Positions 27,222-32,000 of a DNA stretch of 32,000 bases are shown here, in pieces. The position numbers and the translations under genes are program-made. The notes under the pieces are model-generated. The model ran no database searches. It was not told the DNA's origin and worked only from the letters and a program-made list of their open reading frames with translations. The DNA comes from Ferroglobus placidus DSM 10642 (lineage in GTDB: Archaea; Halobacteriota; Archaeoglobi; Archaeoglobales; Archaeoglobaceae): contig NC_013849.1 of NCBI RefSeq assembly GCF_000025505.1, positions 1,440,001-1,472,000 on the forward strand. The letters run 5' to 3'. How positions within the stretch are numbered: the first letter of the stretch is position 1; every line of letters begins with the position of its first letter.

Positions 27222-28100
27222 ATGCTCGTTGTAGCTTTCGAGGCTAAGCAAGTGGCTGAAAACTTCTCCGCTTCTTCGAAACTCTCAAGCGATTTAGTTT
27301 TCGCGTGTTTCGACGAGAGCGTTGCCGAAGAGGGAAAGAAATTTTTTAAAGAAGTGTATCTCATAAAAGCCGGAGACTACGATCCTTTCGTTTACTCTGA
27401 AGCTTTAAAAGAGCTCTACAACGAGGTTGGAGCTAAGGGAATTCTCATGGAATCCTCAGCCAAAGGCGTTGCTGTGGCTTCTATGCTTTCGGCTAAGCTC
27501 AACATAAGGTGCGTGAGCGATGTAAAGGCTATCGAAGACAATTACGTGAAGAGATCCGCTTTAGGAGCTGCGGAAGCTAAGGTGAAGCTTGAGCTTCCGG
27601 CTATAATTTGCGTCAAACCCGGGAGTTTCGAGAAGGCTGAAGGGAAGGAGAGCGGAGAGGTGAAAGTCGTAGAGAAGAGCTTCGAGAGAAAAATCAATTT
27701 GCTGGAGTTCAAGGAGAAGGAAAAGGGAGCCGACATAAGCGAGGCGGAAGTCGTAGTCTGTGCCGGGAGAGGTGTAAAGAAGAAAGAGGACTTGGCTATG
27801 CTCGAAGAACTTGCGAAGCTTTTAAACGGAGCTGTGGGGGTGAGCAGACCTCTTTCAGCCGACTTGAAGTGGATGCCGAACTGGGTGGGGATGAGCGGAA
27901 TAACCGTGAAGCCTAAACTTTATATAGGTGTCGGAGTTTCCGGACAGATTCAGCACGTGGCTGGAATAAGGGATTCCAAAATAATAGTGGCGATAAACAA
28001 CGATCCAAAAGCACCGATATTCGAGAACGCTGATTACGGAATCGTGGGAGATCTCTACGAGGTTGTGCCGAAGCTGATAGAAAAGCTCAAGCAAAGCTAA
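27222..28100 (+). CDS. etfA: Electron transfer flavoprotein alpha subunit, 292 aa
   Basis: C-terminal FAD domain motifs VVVCAGRGV, PKLYIGVGVSGQIQHVAG and IVAINNDPKAPIF. Confidence 0.85.
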   Translation: MLVVAFEAKQVAENFSASSKLSSDLVFACFDESVAEEGKKFFKEVYLIKAGDYDPFVYSEALKELYNEVGAKGILMESSAKGVAVASMLSAKLNIRCVSDVKAIEDNYVKRSALGAAEAKVKLELPAIICVKPGSFEKAEGKESGEVKVVEKSFERKINLLEFKEKEKGADISEAEVVVCAGRGVKKKEDLAMLEELAKLLNGAVGVSRPLSADLKWMPNWVGMSGITVKPKLYIGVGVSGQIQHVAGIRDSKIIVAINNDPKAPIFENADYGIVGDLYEVVPKLIEKLKQS

Positions 28101-28101
28101 C

Positions 28102-28112
28102 TTTTATTTTTT
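28102..28112 (+). terminator. Oligo-T stretch after etfA
   Basis: TTTTATTTTTT directly follows the etfA stop. It overlaps the stop of the convergent 121-aa ORF. Confidence 0.35.
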
Positions 28113-28476
28113 ACGGGTAAAACAGTGAGTGAATCTGGCTGACCAAGCTCTGAATGAAGTAGTTCTTCGCTATTCCGCTTTTTAACGTTTTGTAAAACTG
28201 CAAGTCTTCGAAGATCTCTATTGCTATGATTTTGGGGAGCGTCCTTATTCTGTCTTCGAAGAGAGCTATAGCAACTTCAGCAGCTCTGCTTTCGAGCTTC
28301 ATCCTTACGAAGTTGGAGTAGATGGGCTTGAGCTCCTTTATTATCTCTTCTTTCATCATCTTTTCCTGAGATTTCGAGAGAAAGATCGCTCTCAGAAGAT
28401 TTTTTAGCCTCTCGGCTTTGGTTCTCCTGAACTTTTTGGAGATGTAGCGATTCACCGAGGCTATCTCGCTCTCCAT
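28111..28476 (-). CDS. Hypothetical all-helical protein, 121 aa
   Basis: ATG start and an uninterrupted ORF. No motif recognised. Confidence 0.4.
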   Translation of the reverse strand: MESEIASVNRYISKKFRRTKAERLKNLLRAIFLSKSQEKMMKEEIIKELKPIYSNFVRMKLESRAAEVAIALFEDRIRTLPKIIAIEIFEDLQFYKTLKSGIAKNYFIQSLVSQIHSLFYP

Positions 28477-28574
28477 TTGAATAATGTTATTGATTGACGA
28501 TGATAAATTTTTCTGTTGTGGGATTCTTTAAAAATTAGGAGGAAAACTTGACAACGGCTTTATTCAAACAGTTT

Positions 28575-28668
28575 TAAAATCTCACTACAAACCAGTGAGT
28601 CTCAATCCTCTTCTCAGCTCCACCTTTACCCATGGGTAAACAGTGTCGTAAACGAATGCAATCTTCAT
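28575..28668 (-). pseudogene. Glycosyltransferase (GT4-like) 5'-end fragment, copy R1
   Basis: ATGAAGATTGCATTCGTTTACGACACTGTTTACCCATGG... encodes MKIAFVYDTVYPWVK. A 1-nt frame slip then gives GGAEKRI-ETHWF. It begins 2 nt after the MazF stop. No remainder of a GT gene follows. Confidence 0.55.
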
Positions 28669-28670
28669 AA

Positions 28671-29034
28671 TCATGAAATCAGACCAAATACCCTCTTAAT
28701 GACGTTTTTAACTTCAATTAGCTTTTCAGATTTTAGCTTTCCGACCTTCTTGAGAATTAAATTTTTCTCTACGGTAAAGATTGAATGACAGTGAATGTAG
28801 CTTGTTTTCTTTAGCTTTCCCTCCTCAAGATCGTTTGGAGTTATTTCGATTTCAAAATCAGGTAATTGTTGAGAGGAACTAATTTTGGCGACTATCAAAT
28901 CAGTCGATATATTATTCAGTTACTTCTGAGCTTAAAACCAGTACAGGTCTAAGCTTTTTACCTATCAAATCTGTAAACGGCAACTCAAGAATAACCACGT
29001 CACCTTCTTTATAACTCGAAAAGCTCTTCTGCAT
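28671..29034 (-). pseudogene. mazF: MazF/PemK-family toxin gene split by a 1-nt frameshift
   Basis: The N-terminal frame (29034-28912) reads MQKSFSSYKEGDVVILELPFTDLIGKKLRPVLVLSSEVTE*. The C-terminal frame (to 28671) reads LNNISTDLIVAKISSSQ...SYIHCHSIFTVEKNLILKKVGKLKSEKLIEVKNVIKRVFGL. Removing one A near 28917-28919 restores one PemK-like ORF. Confidence 0.7.
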
Positions 29035-29194
29035 CCTCACCCTCCTTCAAAATCTTCAGATATCCGTGCAATTTTAATTCATCTATCGTCTTTGCCTCCC
29101 CTATGCTTAAAACGACTTTTGATCTTTCGGGAATATCCAATTTCTCCAACGGTATTAGAACTCCTTTCTCGTAAATGCATTCAATTTTCCTCAT
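29009..29194 (-). CDS. DUF104 (AF2212-like) antitoxin-family protein, 61 aa
   Basis: MRKIECIYEKGVLIPLEKLDIPERSKVVLSI is the classic DUF104 N-terminus. ATG 29194 is preferred over TTG 29212. Its 3' end overlaps the mazF start by 26 nt. Confidence 0.7.
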   Translation of the reverse strand: MRKIECIYEKGVLIPLEKLDIPERSKVVLSIGEAKTIDELKLHGYLKILKEGEDAEELFEL

Positions 29195-29259
29195 AACATC
29201 TCCTAAGAACAAATATTTTGAAATATGTTTCGTTCAGATGTGCAAATCTATGCGCACGG

Positions 29260-29383
29260 GTACTACGTTATTTTTATGACATCCCTTTCACCATCAGCTC
29301 CAAACCAGTGGACCTCATGCTTTTTAGCTAATCTTCTAAATCTTCTACTTATTTCGTAATTATTTTTATAATGCGATCTTCAT
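29260..29383 (-). pseudogene. Glycosyltransferase (GT4-like) 5'-end fragment, copy R2
   Basis: ATGAAGATCGCATTATAA (MKIAL*) is followed by ..YEISRRFRRLAKKHEVHWFGADGERDVIKIT*. It begins 1 nt after the DUF2283 stop. Confidence 0.55.
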
Positions 29384-29384
29384 T

Positions 29385-29603
29385 TTATGTCCTCATCATA
29401 CCTTTTATCGGTTTCTGTTCGAGAATTGGTTGCAGAAAGCTAAGAATCACTCTCGAAGCGTCCAGAATCTCAATTTTTACAACCCTATTCTCCTCTGAAT
29501 AGTGAAGTATTATGTTTTCGTCGTATTCTTCCCCATATTTCGGCTTTTCGTCTAGTGATCTTATCTCAAGTACATCCGAATCTGGATAGTATCTTATCTT
29601 CAT
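29385..29603 (-). CDS. DUF2283 family protein (putative antitoxin), 72 aa
   Basis: MKIRYYPDSDVLEIRS...ENIILHYSEENRVVKIEILDAS matches the DUF2283 pattern. Confidence 0.7.
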   Translation of the reverse strand: MKIRYYPDSDVLEIRSLDEKPKYGEEYDENIILHYSEENRVVKIEILDASRVILSFLQPILEQKPIKGMMRT

Positions 29604-29904
29604 ACATTACCACCCTGGCAATATATAACGTTACTACGACGGGTATGCCGTTTTCGTACTCGTAAACAACTCTGATTAGATGATCGTTTAGCAACTTATG
29701 TGCTACAAATCTCCCACTGTAGCCTCTTACAACTTCATTCGGGAAGAATAAGGCTCTCAAAACGTTCTCCAAATTTACATCGTATTCCTCGGAAGCATCT
29801 AATAGGTGATTGGTTAGAAGAAGCTTTATGCATCTCGTAAATTCTCTTCTCCGCTCAGCCTTTTGTCGTGGATGGACAGCGTCGTAGATGAATGCTATCT
29901 TCAT
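29566..29904 (-). CDS. DUF4258-like putative toxin, N-terminally fused to glycosyltransferase 5' codons (copy R3), 112 aa
   Basis: MKIAFIYDAVHP... comes from the GT 5' end. An alternative frame still reads AEKRIYEM. It continues in frame into ...TNHLLDASEEYDVNLENVLRAL..EVVRGYSGRFVAHKLLNDHLIRVVYEYENGIPVVVTLY (DUF4258 pattern). SD GGTGAAGTGGTG lies upstream of ATG 29904. Confidence 0.55.
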   Translation of the reverse strand: MKIAFIYDAVHPRQKAERRREFTRCIKLLLTNHLLDASEEYDVNLENVLRALFFPNEVVRGYSGRFVAHKLLNDHLIRVVYEYENGIPVVVTLYIARVVMYEDKILSRFGCT

Positions 29905-30344
29905 CACCACTTCACCTAACACAGAATTTTAATCTTATTATTCTCATTATTATTTTTTTATTATTTTTTGATTTCGTTGAGCACGTTAATAGGACAAACC
30001 CCTCTGGAGGATTCAACTACATCTGGTGTACGCTTGATTATGGGGAAATACTGAGACTTTGCAATGAGGTGCGTTATCGTATCTGAATAAACTCCAAAAC
30101 GTAGCCGCTCAGAAATACGATTTTGCTTCTGATCTAAACTCCTATCGACTGATATTTTCATTCCACGTACTTTCTTTAACGAGTTCGGAATAATCGAAAG
30201 CCATTTAGACAGCGCCTTTTAATTTTTTGGTGAATTTAGTGATTATAATTGTGATAGTATTAATTATGTTCTGGAAACTATAAATATGAAAAATTTTAAA
30301 TCTGTAGTCAAAGAAATTTATTTTTGCTGGTGGAGGGTTTCTAA

Positions 30345-30590
30345 ATGATCAAGAGATCTAAATGGGAAATAACTTATGCGATTCTTAAATCCATTCAAAA
30401 CGGCGAAAAGTCGAAGACTCGCATAATGTACGAGGCGTACTTAGACTGGAGAAATTTTAGCAGATATATAAAATTTTTAATTGATAAAAATCTCGTCGTC
30501 GAAAAGAACGGAGGAAAGCTGGAGATAACGCAAAAAGGAGAAAAGATTCTGAAAATCATGGAGGAGCTAATCGAACTTATAAAAGACTAA
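30345..30590 (+). CDS. Small winged-helix DNA-binding protein (HTH_45-like), 81 aa
   Basis: RSKWEITYAILKSIQNGEKSKTRIMYEAYLDWRNFSRYIKFLIDKNLV...ITQKGEKIL. GGTGGAGGG lies upstream of the ATG. Confidence 0.65.
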   Translation: MIKRSKWEITYAILKSIQNGEKSKTRIMYEAYLDWRNFSRYIKFLIDKNLVVEKNGGKLEITQKGEKILKIMEELIELIKD

Positions 30591-30674
30591 TTTTATATAA
30601 TTATTTTTAAAATATCCACTTTTTTAATATGTTTTAAACACATGTAAAAACCACAGAGAAATGTCTCATCTGGA

Positions 30675-30682
30675 TTTATATA
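30675..30682 (+). promoter_or_regulatory. Candidate TATA box, now separated from the downstream TasA-like gene by the IS
   Basis: TTTATATA. After removing the IS and one TSD copy it would sit 42 nt upstream of ATG 31491. Confidence 0.35.
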
Positions 30683-30685
30683 TTA

Positions 30686-30693
30686 GCATTTTG
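30686..30693. repeat. Target-site duplication, left copy (GCATTTTG)
   Basis: Identical 8-mer directly abutting both IS ends. Confidence 0.8.
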
Positions 30694-30717
30694 GGTAGTG
30701 TCACTATAATGTTGATA
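30694..30717. repeat. IS1 terminal inverted repeat (left in window coordinates)
   Basis: GGTAGTGTCACTATAATGTTGATA, compared with the reverse complement of 31428-31451, GGTAATGCCTCAGTAATGTTTATA. Confidence 0.75.
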
Positions 30718-31150
30718 AATTATAGTAATGAATCCACAATTTAAAAGAATTTTCGAGCATTTCCGAGGATTTTGAGAATCTGATTGATTTTCTTGCGAAT
30801 CTCGGATTATCATTTCTCAGAGTTAAGAATAACCTTTCAACGTGGTTCGTTCCTCCTCTTCTTACGATTCTCTGCCTGTAAGGAATCAAATTATAAGCGT
30901 CCCAGCGATCCGTGTAGAAAATTGCTTTCCGCTTTATTTCATCGCCAATTCCGTCCCACAATTTCTTGAAAGTATCCACAGAACGATCTCCTATTGCATA
31001 ACTTATTATTTTTCGGGAATTTCTCTCTAAAGCAATCCAAATCCAGATTTCGTTTTCCTTTTTCTTAACAAAACTCCAAGCTTCATCTAACTCGATAACA
31101 GGCTTTTCCGATCTAATCTCATTTCTCAGGTCTTTTTTTAGAAAATTCTC
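30704..31150 (-). CDS. insB: IS1 InsB-like DDE catalytic region (open frame with no independent start, +1 relative to insA)
   Basis: IELDEAWSFV... (D), FYTDRWDAY (D) and NHVERLFLTLRN (E). The frame is open from 31150. It overlaps the insA frame across an A7 run (31133-31139). Confidence 0.8.
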   Translation of the reverse strand, partial: ENFLKKDLRNEIRSEKPVIELDEAWSFVKKKENEIWIWIALERNSRKIISYAIGDRSVDTFKKLWDGIGDEIKRKAIFYTDRWDAYNLIPYRQRIVRRGGTNHVERLFLTLRNDNPRFARKSIRFSKSSEMLENSFKLWIHYYNLSTL

Positions 31151-31418
31151 TTACCCAAGCTGTCACAGTGTTAGGAGAAAGCTTGAAAATTCTGCTCGCT
31201 TGTCTTATCCCTACACCCTCCTTCACAACAGCTCTAACTACCATCTCCTTAAATTCCTCGGGATAATTCCTCGGCTTTATCGGATTCAAAACGAAAGTTC
31301 TCCCGCAGCTCTTGCATTTGTATCTCTGCCTCCTCTCACCAGATTTCGTGTAATAACAGCCCATTTTCACAGTTTTTATCGATTTGCAATGCGGACACAT
31401 CATCACCGATTTATCCAA
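31119..31418 (-). CDS. insA: IS1 InsA-like protein (zinc finger plus HTH), 99 aa
   Basis: CPHCKS...CKSCGRTF zinc finger. HTH: GIRQASRIFKLSPNTVTAWV. Confidence 0.85.
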   Translation of the reverse strand: MDKSVMMCPHCKSIKTVKMGCYYTKSGERRQRYKCKSCGRTFVLNPIKPRNYPEEFKEMVVRAVVKEGVGIRQASRIFKLSPNTVTAWVREFSKKRPEK

Positions 31419-31427
31419 CTAATTGAA

Positions 31428-31451
31428 TATAAACATTACTGAGGCATTACC
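31428..31451. repeat. IS1 terminal inverted repeat (right in window coordinates)
   Basis: Partner of 30694-30717. 18 of 24 positions identical by hand alignment. Confidence 0.75.
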
Positions 31452-31459
31452 GCATTTTG
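31452..31459. repeat. Target-site duplication, right copy (GCATTTTG)
   Basis: Identical 8-mer directly abutting both IS ends. Confidence 0.8.
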
Positions 31460-31490
31460 TAACGTATTTTATCGAAACGAGGTGTGGAGT

Positions 31491-32000
31491 ATGAGGTGGG
31501 TAGTTAGTTTGTTGGTTTTGGGAGTGGTAGGAATACTACTCGGAAGCGGAACACTCGCGTACTTCAGCGACACTGAGACAAGCGAGGACAACTACATAGC
31601 GGCTGGAACGCTTGAGCTCAAGCTTGGAGACGGTGACAACACGTGGTATGACGATCCAGACATACCAAACTACACCATCAGCGATGTCTACCCAGGATGG
31701 AGTGACTGGGTTGACTTCTACGCGAAGAACTTTGGAAGCATCGACGGTGACCTTTACATGAAGGTCACATACACGGAGAACAGTGGGGACAACCCCGAGG
31801 CTGAAGGTTCTCCGGATGATGCAGTTCTTGACGACTACCTATGCGTTGCAATTACTGTTGGTGGAAGTTCTCTTAACCTCAACACCTACGATGAAAACAA
31901 TGATGGATGTGTTTCCCTTTCAGAAATTGCTGATCAGTACATTTCGCTTGGTGACTTAGCTGCAAACGACATGGTTAACATCCGAATCGATGTGAACATC
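31491..32000 (+). CDS. TasA/camelysin-like secreted protein with SipW-cognate-type signal peptide (partial, runs off window)
   Basis: Absent from the ORF track because there is no stop in the window. ATG 31491 with GAGGTG upstream. MRWVVSLLVLGVVGILLGSGTLAYFSDTETSEDNYIAAGTLELKLGD carries the A-Y-F-S-D-x-E ... AGTL signature. 170 codons are open to the window end. Confidence 0.75.
   Translation, partial: MRWVVSLLVLGVVGILLGSGTLAYFSDTETSEDNYIAAGTLELKLGDGDNTWYDDPDIPNYTISDVYPGWSDWVDFYAKNFGSIDGDLYMKVTYTENSGDNPEAEGSPDDAVLDDYLCVAITVGGSSLNLNTYDENNDGCVSLSEIADQYISLGDLAANDMVNIRIDVNI

Larger units (their letters stand above)
30694..31451 (-). mobile_element. IS1-family insertion sequence, 758 bp
   Basis: InsA-like and InsB-like ORFs. 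24-bp imperfect terminal inverted repeats both start GGTA.TG (18/24 match). Perfect 8-bp direct repeats GCATTTTG flank it. Confidence 0.85.

Noticed and set aside
26813-27364. 183-aa minus-strand ORF across the etfB/etfA junction
   Set aside because: It is antisense to two strongly supported ETF genes. Its product is Ser/Thr/Phe-rich and low-complexity, which is typical shadow-ORF behaviour.
29591-29603. ATGAAGATAAGATAC start of the DUF2283 gene as a fourth GT-fragment copy
   Set aside because: Similarity is limited to ATGAAGATA (the common Met-Lys-Ile start). The downstream sequence is genuine DUF2283 coding sequence.
1-32000. Search for CRISPR arrays, rRNA, or long tandem repeats
   Set aside because: I saw no regularly spaced direct repeats of 24-40 nt and no rRNA-like segments. 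The only structured repeats are the IS ends with their TSD and the three GT 5' fragments, both reported above.

Overview
This looks like an archaeal chromosome segment, judged Archaeoglobales-like only from gene content and protein style (compact genes, GGAGG/GGTG ribosome-binding sites, TATA-type promoters, frequent GTG/TTG starts). No database search was possible, so every family call rests on motifs I could read in the translations. Most of the window is core metabolism. In order it holds: tRNA-Val(CAC); a sugar cluster (GT-B glycosyltransferase, full-length phosphoribulokinase homologue, type I mannose-6-P isomerase, GH130-like glycosidase); a nitrogen-assimilation block (glnA plus an archaeal split glutamate synthase in three genes, plus a class I amidotransferase); hisC and a JAMM/MPN protein; an acyl-CoA synthetase; ribL; a Pcc1-like gene; a DHH/RecJ-like gene; a five-gene LIV-type ABC transporter; and a fixC-fixX-acyl-CoA dehydrogenase-etfB-etfA cluster. 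Two AT-richer accessory patches stand out. (1) 12.2-15.0 kb is my best candidate for an undescribed system. A membrane-tethered wHTH regulator is transcribed divergently from an SD-coupled operon that encodes a secreted protein with a clan-CD-like His-Gly/Cys dyad, a membrane-anchored PepSY-like protein and a 2-TM miniprotein. Broken gene remnants follow it. (2) 28.5-31.5 kb holds two toxin-antitoxin cassettes (DUF104 with a frameshifted MazF; DUF4258 with DUF2283). Each is bracketed by a decayed copy of the same glycosyltransferase 5' end. Next come a small wHTH gene and a 758-bp IS1-family element with imperfect terminal inverted repeats and a perfect 8-bp target duplication. The IS sits between a TATA box and a TasA/SipW-signal-type (AYFSDTE) secreted protein gene that runs off the window end. 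No CRISPR array or rRNA was seen.
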